This document shows, piece by piece, positions 25,827-39,780 of a stretch of 64,000 nt of DNA (position 1 is its first letter; every line of letters begins with the position of its first letter). This stretch comes from Nageia nagi (lineage: Eukaryota > Plantae > Pinophyta). The stretch is taken from assembly GCA_050084985.1 (NCBI GenBank), contig JBITNC010000001.1, positions 48,422,001 to 48,486,000 on the forward strand, read 5' to 3'. The notes beneath the pieces were generated by a model. That model ran no database searches. It worked only from the letters and a program-made list of their open reading frames with translations, and was not told the origin of the DNA. The position numbers were made by a program, and so were the translations under genes.

Positions 25827-26337
25827 CAACGTTGATTAAACAAGAACCATCCATGCTTCTTGCTTGCAAGGGATGGTCTGCTATCTTAAGTGTGCCCCCG
25901 AGGGATGGCATTGAGGACTTCCCTTGTCATCCTCGATTCAAAGGGTGAAATCCCAGGATTTCCTTGGACTTATTCAGGCCGTTTTCTGTATTTGCTTGAA
26001 AGGGGGATGTTTTGTGGATGGCTTGGGGATGCCCAGCTGACCTAGTTCCATGAGGCTCAATGGCAAAGAAAAAGCTTATGTTTTGCATTGGACATAGTTT
26101 TGGTTGAGATATGATTACATGATTCAGATTTAGGATTGATAATCGTATGCAAATTTTCTGATTCCACGTTTACAGTTTTTATTATGTATTTATGCTTGAA
26201 TTTATGGAAAACTCTACATTTATTTTTCATGTTTTTTTTTAATATCCTCGTGATGTCCCTAAAAATGGCCAGTTGTGCCCTGTCATCCTAATTACCTATC
26301 ACAGCGTTCCTGTCCCTCATACTCTGTCTTAACATTG
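25827..26337. mobile_element. Possible non-autonomous DNA transposon (hAT-like MITE)
   Basis: Imperfect terminal inverted repeats CAACGTTGA / TTAACATTG and repeated ggggatg / tgtccc motifs. It interrupts the chromovirus pol. No TSD found. Confidence 0.3.
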
Positions 26338-26423
26338 GAAAAATGATATTTTGTCAATTAAAGATTGAATCTATTTGCTTGCAGAACCAAAATTTATACA
26401 AAAGGTTTTGAGCGATAGCCATG

Positions 26424-29400
26424 TGTTGTGCTCAAACAGAACACACACCAAAATCTGCCATTTTGAGGACCCAACAATTTTGCTAAAGTCATGACCCCTC
26501 CAGACCATGCGCCCCCTTTTAGGGAATCAAAATGACGGATACAAGTGACAAATGAGGAAAGTGACTAAGTAGAGGCATGAAAGTCCCTCCTCTACACTAC
26601 TCAAGTTTGACTCAAGAAAACATTCATGTCCCCTCCAAGACTTGTGCCAGCCTTCCAGGGACCTCAAAAGGCAAAGATATACAATCAGGAAGCAAAATTG
26701 CCTAAGTACCAAACACGACAACACTTCCAAAGCCCAAGCGTAAATCTCCTAGGAGACATGATTCTTTACCTCTCCAGACTTTGCACCAAGCTAGTTTCCT
26801 CCCAGACGCAAATTTTGATGAAGACAAGGGTTGGTGACCCCCTCCAAACTTGTGCCAGCCTAGAAGAGCCTTCTGTGTTGGCACAAGGTTGCCGAAAGAT
26901 AGAAAAATCATAAATTAAAAGCATATCCATTCTTGGTGCAAATCCAGACCCAAACAAGAGTTTTGACCTCTCAAAGATGTGCATCAGGCCTAGTTGTCTC
27001 TCTTTGGCGCAAATCTTGACCAAGACAAGGTTGTTATTCCCAAAGGACTTCCGCCAAGTCAATTCTCCCTTTAGGCACAAGTCTAGACTAAGACAAACAC
27101 CTTGACTCTTGGAAGACTTGACCTAGACACCTATATCCCTCTGCCTTGGTGCAAATCTCAAGTAGGACAACCATCATGACTCTCCTCAAACCTACGCCAA
27201 GCATTCCTCCTCTTGTTGAGCGCAAGTTCATGCCAAGTCAAACCTCTTAACCTTCATGACACATTTGTAGGCTCGTTGGAACATAAAAAATGACAAGTTA
27301 AAACAATCCCCTCCCTTGCTGCAAATCTCACTTGAGACATTGTCCCTAACCCCAGGGAGACTTGTGTTGGGCTTGTCTTTCTCCTTTTTTGACACAAATG
27401 CAAACTGAGACACCCATTTTGACTTCTCCAAACCTTGCGCAAGGCCCACACTTCTCCCTCTTGGTGCATGTCTTCATTAGGACAAAAGTTGTGACCTTAC
27501 AGACATTTGTGCTAAGCTTTCAGGTGCATGTCTCAACCAAGACAAACCCCTTGACCTCCTGGAAACCTGCGCTAGCCATGAATTCCCACCTTGAGCGCAT
27601 ATCCTGGTATAGACAAGCATTATGACCCCCTCAAGATTTGTGCCAAGCCTTCTTGGGTACAAGCTCAAGGCAATACAACTTCTTTGACCCTCTAAACACA
27701 TGCGCCTACCTCCTAAAACTAGCCGACCTCAAATTTCGTATTAAACTTGCCTAGAAAGCCACATCCATCCATTAAAGCACATATCCCTAGGCCCCATTCG
27801 ACTTACCCTAGAAAATATTTATAAGAGGGGAGTTTTTCATTCCCACATCATAAATTTACTCCCTCTTTCAGATTTGCTAAGGCGTTGTGGGTACTATTTC
27901 AGATTAGGGATCCAAATGACGAAGACAAACTCCGAGATGAAAGGGAGAAGATTGAGCTAGAATAGGTGGGGAGTAACGAAGGAACTTCATCAAACAAGTT
28001 CAATATTGACCTCGCAACTCTAATGAGAGCATCACATGAAGACCCTAGCTAGAGGGTGAAAAATGAGTCCACAGAAACTCACTATGTGAGGAAATTCATC
28101 TTCAAAGTCAACAATACACTGTCAATCACCAAGGTCCTCTTGAACAAAGACCTAGAGAAATCTCAAGACTTGGAGGCTCCTACCTAGAAGATGGAGATTG
28201 GTGAGATCAAGACCATTGGAGCAAAAGAGATGGAGGAGAGCTAGAAGAAGTAGAGTCCTGAAGAAGATAACACACTCCCAAGGCCATACCATCCTCAAGA
28301 CAGGGTGACCACTCAAGAACAATGACATCCTTGACATGCGAATGGTAAAGATTCCAAGTCATGTGTTGCAGAGGTGAAAGGGGTAGATGAACTCATGGGC
28401 AACAGTTAATGGAAGGCGTTTCATTTGGGGTGAATTATTTTCAATTTTATTTTATTTTGCATAATTACATTTTAATTTGGATTTCAAAACATTATTCATT
28501 TTGGATTAGCCTTGTGATGGATGAGGATTTGCCCCCACAAGTGTTGGATTTGATCTTGTATCGCCATGTGACATGTTTTTATTGGACCATTGTTAGTTAG
28601 GGTTAATTTAGATGAATTTCATTTGAATTTGCATTAGGGTTAGGGTTTTCTTCCAAAAACTATATATAGCCCTAGAGGGCTCATTTTGAGGAGGATGATC
28701 ATTTTACTCGAGGAGTTATTTTGAATTTGCTAATATTTTTAACACTCTCTTGTATGTGAATGTTGAGCATAATCTAATACATCAAGACTTGCTTCACTTA
28801 ATGGGATTGTGGACTTGAGTAATTCTAATTAGTGTTTACTTGTGGTTGTTATACGACTTGTGTGCATTTCCGCAATTGTATTCTTGTTAGAAAGTTGAAT
28901 GAGTATCTTATCAAGTTATGTGATTACCACTTGATAAACATTGTCTACTCTTTTGCATGTAAATGGATATATGTTAGTGAAGTTCTCTCTATGTCATTTG
29001 GTTTGGTGGACTGCTCATGTTGTTGCACTTAGTAACATTGCTATAGGCTCCATCTTGCTTACAACTTGGACTTAGTCATTTGTGGAAAAGATCGGATATG
29101 TGAGTAGGCACATCTAATAAACCCAGAGTGAAGGTGATCTAACCCATGATGCATTGTTGAACTCCTCTCGAATGAACTCACCTCATATGCCATCATCCCC
29201 ACTTTTTCATTTTCTTTTACCTTTACTTTGTTATTTTTCCCTTTTTTTTTTTACCATAAAAGTCTATCCTTCCAGTCGGTGCAAGACAACTCCAATGCCC
29301 ATAGTAAAACGTGGTTAACAGTTGTTGTCTCTCCTTCCACTGAGCATTTCAAGTATAGCTACTGTCATAGTCGCATAAGATATCTTATGATGCTAGAAAC

Positions 29401-29520
29401 CTTAGTGTAATCAGTCCTTACAAATGAAGGTTAGCAATGCGACCTCACTCATATGTTGGGTGCCCTTTCCCAGTTATCATCTAGGTGGTCTTTGTAAGTG
29501 GAAAGAAAAACATCCCAACA
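26424..29520 (+). mobile_element. Solo LTR (3097 bp), third subfamily of the same lineage
   Basis: Ends are TGTTGTGCTC...GGAAAGAAAAACATCCCAACA with a perfect TSD CCATG (26419-26423 and 29521-29525). Removing it restores the integrase HHCC reading frame. Confidence 0.93.
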
Positions 29521-31450
29521 CCATGATTCCCCTCATGCAAGCCATATTGGATGTCTTAAAACTTACTATAATATCCAAGAGGATGTTCCCTATACAGGTT
29601 TGTTACAACCTTTGCATATTCCTCAACAAAAATGGGAGAAAATTCGCTTGGAGTTCACTTAAGGGTTACTAGTATCTGCAGGTCAATAGTATTTTTTGTT
29701 GTTGTGCATAGACTCATTAAATATACTCATTTAATAAGCATGAAACAAACCTGGTCAATATCAGAGGTTGCTGGAGCTTTCGTTTAGAATGCATATGAAA
29801 TTTATGGTTCCCCAACAAAATTATTGTTGGTTATAGATATCCTCTTTTCAGAACTTGGCAATCAAGCCACTGGTAAGGAGTTCTTCTCATCCTCAAACTG
29901 GTGGGCAAACTGATATTTTCATTTAATGTATAGAAGGCTATTTGAAATGTTTTTCTTTAGAAAAAGCAACACCAAGGTGCTAAAATTGTTGCATTTGGCT
30001 GAATGGCGTTACAATACTACTTATCATATATGGGCCAAAATGACTCCAGCTATAGTTTTATATGTAGAATCCTCCATGACTCCAAGACTTATTTTTTTGT
30101 TAAAGTCAAGGTTTCTGTAGTATGAAATTTCTTAGAGGATTCTCAAGAAATCATTCTAACTTTGAAGAATAGCCTTCAATTTGTTTGTAACTGAAGAATG
30201 CAGCAAATGATTAACATTGTTTTGAGAGGGAAATCCAAGATAATTGGGTCTACATGTGTACAACCTTAAAAATAAATGTCTTTAAAACAAAGTGGTAAAA
30301 TCTCATATTATCTCTTAAATGTTATGGCAAAGGAAGGTCAGTATTGCATGTATGACGATTCTAACCTGTCATGTTTAAGAAATTAGTTGGGAACACACAC
30401 CAATTCAAATGGAGCTTCGAATTTCAATGGTGAAGGTTGACTTATCCTTGAGCCTGAAGGTATTCTTGAAATACAAATAGAATCCCTGTTTTCACATGAA
30501 ATTACAAAATAGCTTCTCAGATGGAAAGGTTTGCCTAAAGTGAAAGCTTCATGAAATTGAAATTTGATATTAATGTCCATGAGTGACCAAAACAATGATC
30601 AATGAGATTATAGAAAAATACGTGTAATTAGAGCAAAGAAGTGCCTAATGTGACTTCAATGTGTAAGACAAGTAGATAGGGAAAAAAGTAGCAGGGGGTT
30701 TTCATTATCCAGTAGGTTTCATTGAAGCCATGAAGACTGCAGATGGAGAGTTAGGGGGCTTCCCCAGCATTCGAGGTCGGAAAGAAGCTCATGATGTTGC
30801 AAGCAAAGGGAGTAACCCTAGTGGGTTTAGTAGTAATGTGCCAACAAGTAGTTCTTCCAGAGACTTCAGGGATTATATTTACTTTAGCTCGTAGCTTCCT
30901 ATGGTTGAAAAAAAGATGTGATAAGTTTGGAACTCATGTGCTTTGGGATTTATCAGTGATTACTTTCTGTCTGAAGCGGATGGCTTCTCTGATATAAATG
31001 CGATGCCTTTCTAATTTTCGTAGTTCATCCATAATTTCAAAGTATGGGCACCTCTGGTAGGCAGTGATATCGATCACAAATTTCATAGTAGATTGTTGAT
31101 CCTTCGCTTTCTATGCGTTCGAGTCTTCCAGATAAATAAGTGTTTTGGGATAGGAAGATTTTGTTATGATTCTAAGATCTAACTAATCCTAATTATAGGT
31201 GCTAGTTACATTTATCTCTCTTACAATACCCCTTCGTACATATTTATGCTAGGTGATTTGCCCTCATAATGATCTCAAATTCTCAATATATTCTATTTTA
31301 TTCATATACTAAATACATGTACATTCTTTGGATCTTCCGACCTACTTCATTCGCAATTGTTTTATGTATTGTACTTACACGCTGTTCTTTGGCATAAATT
31401 CAAGATCAATTACTAACAAATTGTGTGCATGTCATGGTTTTCGATTACAG

Positions 31451-31585
31451 GAATTTCTTGGAGCTTCACTTCTGTTTGCTGGCTTTGGAGTAATTTCACT
31501 CGTAGCACTATTGTTTGTCATTTTCTACGTTCCTGAGACAAAAGGATTGACCTTGGAAGAAATAGAATCAAACATCTTGAAATGA
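31451..31585 (+). CDS. VGT3: Sugar transporter (VGT3/pSuT-like), last coding exon
   Basis: Acceptor ttacag|GAA, encoding EFLGASLLFAGFGVISLVALLFVIFYVPETKGLTLEEIESNILK* with the PETKG motif. It is in frame with the previous exon across a 17,984-bp intron. The C-terminus resembles the plastidic VGT3 clade as recalled. Confidence 0.95.
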   Translation, partial: EFLGASLLFAGFGVISLVALLFVIFYVPETKGLTLEEIESNILK

Positions 31586-34542
31586 ACGTGTGGAGACCAA
31601 TTAGGTTCATAGGATTATGACAGCGCAGATTATTGTCTCTGCATAAGAGCAATTTAAGATAGACATTGGATTGACTCTGGTTGATGGGTGGTGCATGGTT
31701 TCTATGATGAAAATTCTATTTTCTACGAATTCTAACTTTCCCACGGGCCACAGTTACAAACAATCTGCAAGTTATATTTCTGTGATGTTTTTTAACTCGT
31801 AGTATGTGGTCTTATGTTTCAATCTTACCAGTTGTGGCAATGGAAAATGTAATTATGTCCTACCTGCTAATCAAGCTGTTTTTACATGAAAATTATGTTT
31901 AACAGCCTCAAATGATTAGGACAACCGTATTTCAAAGCACATGATTTGCCTATTGTAAAAACTAAGAAATACATTTAAGTTGCTCTATTGTGCCCTTTGC
32001 TGTAAATATTTTATTTTAGTTGAAGTTCTGTAAGCAGAAATGTTTAAAAGCTTAAAATGTTCGCTACAAATCCTCCAAACCATATGATTTTTCTCTATTA
32101 AGTGAAACCGAAATGTTGCTTCATTTTGGCCTTTTTACAAACTATTGACTAATTTAACCCATTTATAAATGGTAGAATTTCTTTCTTTGTGAGAACATAA
32201 ATCTCTTTCAGAAAATATTGTATTAGGCCAGAAATTATATAAATAGATAAACTAATCATTTTTCATGTATACTTTTCTTGTAAGCAAATTTTCACATTAA
32301 AAAATCAATACAATTTCTTGTTTATTCATTCTAGTTAAGGTTTTTTTTTTGTATTTATATTTGTTTTATGATTTAAAATTAGAAGTGAGGATTTAATCAA
32401 TGTAAATCAATTTTTTTATTTATAAATTAATTTTAAATGAATTTTAAGTTTGTGACTCAAGGACTTGCCATTTAAGTCTTAGTTCATAACTGTATATTTC
32501 AAGTATTAAGAAAACAATATAATATAAGCCTCATGCAAATTGATTAAATGTTTTAAAAATGGTTGAATGTCAAACACACGTATTAAAAGTATCTATAGTT
32601 GAACACAACAGAGAAAATCAACAGGGGATGCAAGTTGCAAAAAGTTCCTTATATTGACAAAGAGGAAGTCATTATTTACAGAGATTTAAGATACAACTAA
32701 ACTTTTGTCAAAGGGTATTTTGTAAAGATTTCTAATTCTAATAGCCTGTAAGTGTTGCATATGCAACATGCACTCAAAATTTTGAACTTTAATCTCTTCA
32801 AAGTAATCATTCTAACTTATTCCTCCACCCACCCTTGCAAACTAGTTTTTAAATTTTAATTTTCATCAACAATTAAGTTTTATGCCGTCAATGTTAATGT
32901 GGATTGTAGTTTAAAATAGTATTGCGTTTGAACAAGGAGAAGGCATATTGATATCAAAAACTCAAATGAAAATGTATTAAATATCAAAATTGAATTTAAA
33001 TTATATAATTAGATTAAAAAAATCAATAGAATTATTTGTATTTGATAGTAAAATTTTACAAATTTTACATAGGAATAATATAATATAAATCTTTTAACAT
33101 CTTTTTAAATCTAAAGTTTGTTCAAAGATAAATATAAATTAATTATTCATTTAAATTATTTTTTTAATAAAAGAGAATTATTTTTATAAAGATGGTCGAT
33201 ACAAAAAAGGGCGGGTAGGATTAACATACCCTCAAAAGCACATTAACCAAAAAGATCAGATAAAAGTCATAATTGAAAAACCCAAAAATCATGATTGGCC
33301 AAAAGATAGGTGCAATAACTAACTAGTCATCATTCGACATTATTGAAGCTTAGGGGATTGAGTTGGAAATTTTCCTCTCCACAAACATAGTGCCAACTAC
33401 TAGAGAAGACGTTGGGACATTCCATCCCTCATCATTAGAACCATTAATATCACCTCCTCGAGGATTGTCCTAAGCGCTTATGGGAGCAATGACGATATCA
33501 CCCTATCCAGTTGCATATTCAGAAGTTGCAGGTCAAACATCCCAATCGGAGGTATAACATGAAGGTCTCCCTCCATAAGCATTGGAATGCTTTTAACTAG
33601 GGGGATGTTGCGATCACTGCCTTTCCTCAAGTAGATTAAAAGGTCGAGAGTGTGAGTTGCATTGAGAATGAAAATATGACCTGGAATGTCCCCTTGCTGG
33701 CAGATTGGGAGGGACCTTGCTCACAATGCAAGGAGCATTCCCCAATGGTCCATTAAATTCCTAGATGTATATCCATATTAACCTTCTCCACTTGCAGAAT
33801 TCATCAATAAGAGAAAAAGAAACATAAGCATCTTGTTGGGTGAGCAACACTTTGTTGTGAGTTTTCCAGAGGTGAAAGAGAGTACTAATTCTAAAAATAT
33901 CCAAACAACATTAAGGTGATCTAAAGAATCTATGGGATCACCTAGAATAACACAAGACAAGGAGGAGTTGAGGATGAAAGGTCTGAAAAATAAAAAAAGC
34001 CATTTCCATGCAAGCTTGGCCTATCTACTATTCCAAAAAGGATGCAAAAAATCTTCAAGATCACCACAAAAATCACAATTAGGATTTTCTACACCAAGTT
34101 ATTTCAGGCATTGCCCTAGTGGTAAACTTTGATGAATTAAACTCCATACAAAGAATGCTTGTTTAGGTTCAATATAAGGGTCCAAGCCATATTAAATTCG
34201 GACTCCACCTACAAGAAGAGGAGATTAAATCCCATTTTTCATTGAGAGAGCTAGCCATCAAAATATGAGGGGAGATCTCACTATAACCAAGATAAGCCTT
34301 ATCTTGTAACAGGGACACATTTTTAGGCCAAAACCAATAAACCTACCTAGACCTCGAAATATGCTTAGACAATTTGCACCAAATGGAAAAGGGAATTTGG
34401 TTAATAACCACATCATAAGTAGCTTTATCTTCAGGTTTCAATTCATAAAACTACTTAAAAGAATCCCATGGGATCCAATCCTAGTATGATTAGAGTAGAA
34501 GTTTGAAATTCAAGTAATTCCTTTTTTGAAAAAATGTTTATC

Positions 34543-37500
34543 TCTTCCAATTTTTTCGATCTATTAGTTGCGTTGTCGAAGATTTGGAGTCGTTGGATCG
34601 TTCGTGGTCATTATTTAGTGCCTCTATTTTACAAACAAGGAGGACCATGAGATTGAAAGGAAACAGCCTCACACACGTTAGGGACACAACACACTACAAC
34701 CACCTGGTTCAAATTTTGTCTGCAAAGACCATAAAGTACATGGAGAAAACATGAGGAGTTCCAAGCCACCACGTAACGCCAGAACACATGAACCCATAGA
34801 ATGAAGGGCATATTGGGTGATACGTAACGCTAGAAATATTTTGTCAAACACTTCATGCGCTTCTCTTTTTCTAGACTATTTGTTTTGTCAAACATTCATT
34901 TGGGATACCATGGTAGCTCTCATAGAGATTTTTGCTCATTTTGGATTGCCTCCTATTGAGAAGAAGACAATAAAGAGAGAATTCTATTAATCACTATAAT
35001 GTGGATGCTTGGGATACACTTGTTAGTGAGGCCTAGCAAAAGCCCTATTTATGAGGTAGAATCTATATAGGAACAACTGCTTATTGCGTTCCCCACATCT
35101 GCCAAGTATTGAAGACTTTATGTAGAGGCACAAATGGCTACCAATAATGATAATGCAACAAGACAAATATTCAATCCCTGCCTCTTTAATTATCTTCATA
35201 ACTTAATAGAGTTGATATCCTCCCTCATGGAAATAAACTCCAAACAAAAGGTTCTTATTACTACTCTACAAGCCCAAGGTACATGAACTGGAAAATAGAC
35301 TCAAAAACATGGAGACAGTACAGACCCCTCTTGTCGATAAAATCCAACAAATACAACAACTTCACGAATCTATCTTTGAGATCAAAATCAAGCAATATAC
35401 GATCATTTCCTAGCAGAAACAATTTATACAAGCCACTACAAGTTAGCAACAATCAATGTAAAAATAGGTGGATGATTGAACCTCTTGGGTTCAAGTAGCT
35501 AAAGGCAAGAAAACTTCTCCACGTGTAGAACTTGTTGTGAATGCAAAATTTAGAAGAACGGTTGCATCAGTTGAAAGCCTTCAATTTGCGAGTTTTGAGG
35601 ACTACCAAAATCCCAAGACCCTCAAAAAGCTTAGTCTTGATTTTCTTCATGATACACTAGAGTTGCAGAATATCACAATGCAGAAAGCTTGGTTTGCCAG
35701 GATGAATCTCTTATCATCTATTTTCATTTAGCAATAGATCATCTCCAAGCCCTAAGAGCGAAATAGAAATTATTCTCTCTCTCTACTAAGATCTACTTGG
35801 ATGCTGATCTCACTCGCATCCAAGTTGATGAGCTTTAGAAAGCTAGAGCATTGGTAGCAATGCTCAAGAAAGATAACAAATGGGTTGTTATTCGAGATTG
35901 CAAGGCAGTCATCCATGACATTCCCCTTTAGACTAGGTTCACCCCAAACCCCCATAATGACACCAACATGATACCCTTACAGTGCTCATATTTATATTTT
36001 GGAATTGTAACAACATGATTTGGTATTCACTTGGATTAGTCTATGATATCATCCATAATATAGACTTGATTCTTTTATAAAGACACATGAGAGCGTTGTT
36101 AAGGGTCTTCCTTCCTTCACTAGTTATTCTTGGATCTCTACATTTAGGACTTATACACACTTGGGTAGCTATGAGCATGGCTCAAGAGGGGTAGCCTTGT
36201 TGATCAATGATCGCTTGCACCTTAGGATGCGAGTGGAGGGGATTGACACGCATGCACGATATATTTGGTTATCCATCACGAGACCACCACCTCTTAGGAG
36301 ACTCTATATAACAGGTTGTTATTTCCCTCTAATGACCTCACGTTATGCCATCTATGGAGATGGCGAGTCTCCATTCTTGGATCTCTTCCTCAAGATCTCT
36401 AGATATGCAATGCAAAGGGATATCATCTTGGAAGGGGATTTCAATGGTAGGACAAGGAGTCTTTAGATGTAGTATTTTATTGAGCAGGCAGATCCTCTCC
36501 ACCTTAGGGATTTCGAGCAAAATGATGAGCTCCAACGAGCATATGATGATACTATGCCTACATCAGCCTATGGAAGATCTCTTATTGAGCTTGAAGAGAC
36601 TCATGACCTCATCATTCTGAATGGTATTGCTTGATTTCCCCTCTCTTTGCATCACATATGTTTTCCTCATACAGGTGGGTACAGTGTTATGGACTACATC
36701 CTTTTTAGCCCCCCACTTATCTCCCTATGCTAGACCTTCTGTGTAGCCCCTTGTCTCCTCCTATTTGACCATGCCCACCTGATGCTTTTGCTCATGGACT
36801 CCCCCCCTCACCCTTGTCAACCCATCACCCAACCCCTCACACACCTTGTATAATCATCCATTTTGATTGGACTCTTGCCCCTAATTATAGTTTTGTCCTA
36901 AAATAAAAACTTCCTCACATGCACTCTTTCTCCTCCATCGATGATTAGGCATTTTTCCTTTCCAAGACCCTACACTCCATTGTCATGCAAATTTTTCCTC
37001 ACACCATCCACCCTCCACCTTGCCCCCAACATCTTGGCCATTCCCTAATGAACCAATGGTTCAATGTGGAATGTAAATCTAGCCACTGCCAACTCAAATA
37101 GGCCATCGCCTTTGCAACCCCCCTCATGTCATCCATTCCCTACATCGCTCTTATCGTCAGCTCTTGAGGACCAAGAATTGCCACTTCTTGGCCAAAAGAT
37201 GATAAGAAATCATCTAAACCCTCTATAATGATTCCAAATCTTTCTAGCGCTCTTTCTCACCTAGAATACATCACACTAGCCACATCACCTTACAGGATGG
37301 AACATTTATGCCTCTCATCTCTACATCAATCCCAACCACATCCCTTCACCCATTATCACTTGCCCTTCCTCCTTTGAATTCTTTTCCCCTCCCCTCGTCC
37401 ATAAAGCCATCCTTAAGCTTAGTTCTAGGAAAGCACTGACATTGACAACCTTCAAGCTGAATATCTCAAGCATGCTAGTTCCATCTTGCCCCCCTTCCTC

Positions 37501-39780
37501 TCCCATCTCTTCAACACCATCATTTGCATTGGCTTCCCCACCCCTTGGACCTTGAACATTATCCACCCCATCCTCAAATCAGGTGACCCTTGTGATCTCA
37601 GCAATTATTGCACCATTATGATTAGACACACTATGCCCAAGCTTTATGCCACCATTCTTGAGGACTACACATCTTAGTTTGTGGATGCTAGAGGCTTCAA
37701 GGCAAGAGGACATGTAGGTTTCCAAAGAGATCATCGCACCATAGACCACATCCTCACTCTTCAAGTGATTATTAAGGAGGTTATGTTCCAGAAGATATTA
37801 GTTTTTAGTTGTTTTGTGGATTTTAGGAAGGCTTTTGATACCATCCCATGTCATAAACTCATGGATAGACTTAGATGATTAGGGATCCCCAAGCTAAGCC
37901 TTATAACCATCTTGATACTATACGAGTCGATTTCAAGGAGGGTGCATATTGTATAAGGTCTATCTGACATGATTCATAGCACCATCAGGGTGAAGCAGGG
38001 TTGTTCGCTTTCTTTGATTCTCTTTGGTCTCTATATTGATGAGTTGGAGTCACTTATACTTGAGATTGCAAGCATCAACACTGGGTGTCTTCTCCACAAC
38101 ACTTATGTTCCCATCCTCCTCTTTTTTGATGATATTGTATTACTCTCACACACAACAAAGGGTCTTTAGCATTTGATGTATACCCTATATTTGTTCAGCA
38201 CTAGATAGGACTTAGTGTTAATATCAATAAAACCAATATTATGATCTTAAACACCTCAAAGGCCATTGTTGATAAGATTCAGATCACTTATAGGGGTAGG
38301 GTTATTGAAATTGACACATATTACACCTACCTAGGGGTGCTCTTCATGGGAACTCAATTCTCTATATGAGTGATAGCCCCACCTAGAGTACGACGAGGAT
38401 ATGAAGCAGTTTTCTCCCTAGAGAGACAATGTGTCCAACTCCATTTCAAGGATATCCCATCCAAGCTCCAGTTCTTCCACACTTTGGTCACTCCCATAGT
38501 GTTATATGGTTATGAGGTTTGGTACCCTAGCTTGAGGAGCTCGTATTGGGCCATAGTTGAGAGGATCTTGGTTGGCACTCTATCTCGCTCTATTCGGATC
38601 AAGAGGTCTATTCCACACCACATTATGTTGGTAGAGTTAGGCTGCCAACTTTTATAGATACATCCCTTGCATTGATGGTTCTTTTTTTCTTCATTTCCAC
38701 ACCTTTTCTTCTATTGGTAGAGATGAGTAACTCCCCTACAGAGCCTTGATGTCATCCATGGACTTGGTAGCTTAGTGATGTTGTTGGTGTTGGTTCCCTG
38801 AGGTATTGTAGCACTTTGGGTTTTCACTAGACCAGTTACCTATACCCCAGGGGGACACACATAGAGACTTGTATGATATGTTGGCTTCGATTAGAGACAT
38901 GATTTTCAAGGCCTATATTCAACGCACTTGGGTTTCCCCTCAACCTCCCCTTATACCCAAGTTGTTGCACTACTCTCATCACTTCCTGAGTCTTGATAAA
39001 GGATTGATTTGACCTCTTAATTAGGTTAGTATACAACTCCCTCTTGGCTTGTGGATGTTTCTAGGTTAGTTTAGAGTGTGCTCCCACCAGCTTCGAATTG
39101 AGACTGATTACCATTTGGCATGTGAGCTTTGAGTCTATTGGTATGCTTGATAAAGCCTGATACTGAGGATCATTTCATATTTTGATGTTTGATTTATTAT
39201 GATATTTGAGGGTGGTATAAATATATTTTTTGAGATGCTCGTAGCTTGATCTTGATATTCTTTTAGTTATCAAACCACTATCGTTTGGCACTCTATCTTA
39301 GAGAGACTTTCCTTCTCAGGAAACATCTATTATCTAACTCTAAACAGCTAATAGGTGTTTACTTGATTACCTCTTTCTTCCCAGTTACCTCAAGAGAGGG
39401 AGTTCATAGGAGGAGGATTGAGGAATCTCCTTAGCCTACTCGATGTACCAAATAGAGGGTGCATGAGGTTGTACTGGATCACGAGCTTCTTTAGCTACAA
39501 CAATGTCGATGCAAACATAGATCAATCGAAGACTGTACATTCAGATAGATCATGAGAGACCTACCCTCTAACCATGTTTGCTTAATATGTTTCTTTGTTC
39601 AACTATATATTTCCTTTTATGGATTAGCCCCTATATTGTTCTTAGTATTTTCATAGTTTGCTTTGAGTGAGGGCTATTGAGCCCCTCATGCTACTTTAGA
39701 CTTGTATACCTTCTAGTCCCATTGATCGATTTTGGTCATCTATGGACATTAATATATATTATTTATTTATTTATTTATTT
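34543..39780 (+). mobile_element. Apparently full-length decayed LINE of RTEX-like type (ORF1 plus EN-RT ORF2, (TTTA)n tail)
   Basis: ORF1 remnant ..KIYLDADLTRIQVDEL..ARALV..KKDNKWVVIR (about 35790-35900). EN SRGVALLI..ILEGDFNGRT. RT GFQRDHRTIDHILTL..CFVDFRKAFDTI..VKQGCSLS..LFGLYIDEL..LLFFDDIVLLS. C-terminal SHQLRIET. The 3' tail is at 39759-39780. The clade is assigned from recalled motifs only. Confidence 0.85.

Larger units (their letters stand above)
24700..30570 (+). mobile_element. pol: Ancient decayed chromovirus (Ty3/gypsy) pol: RT/RNase H, integrase and chromodomain, interrupted by later insertions
   Basis: IVAPLTDLLK...TPILTMPIFSKPFVIECDTSG (about 25308-25470). H|DSPHASHIGCLKTY is split at 26423/29526. 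GLLQPLHIP..VV.RL.KY.HF at about 29597-29732. LEPEGILE...LLRWKGLP chromodomain at about 30447-30540. Confidence 0.8.
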
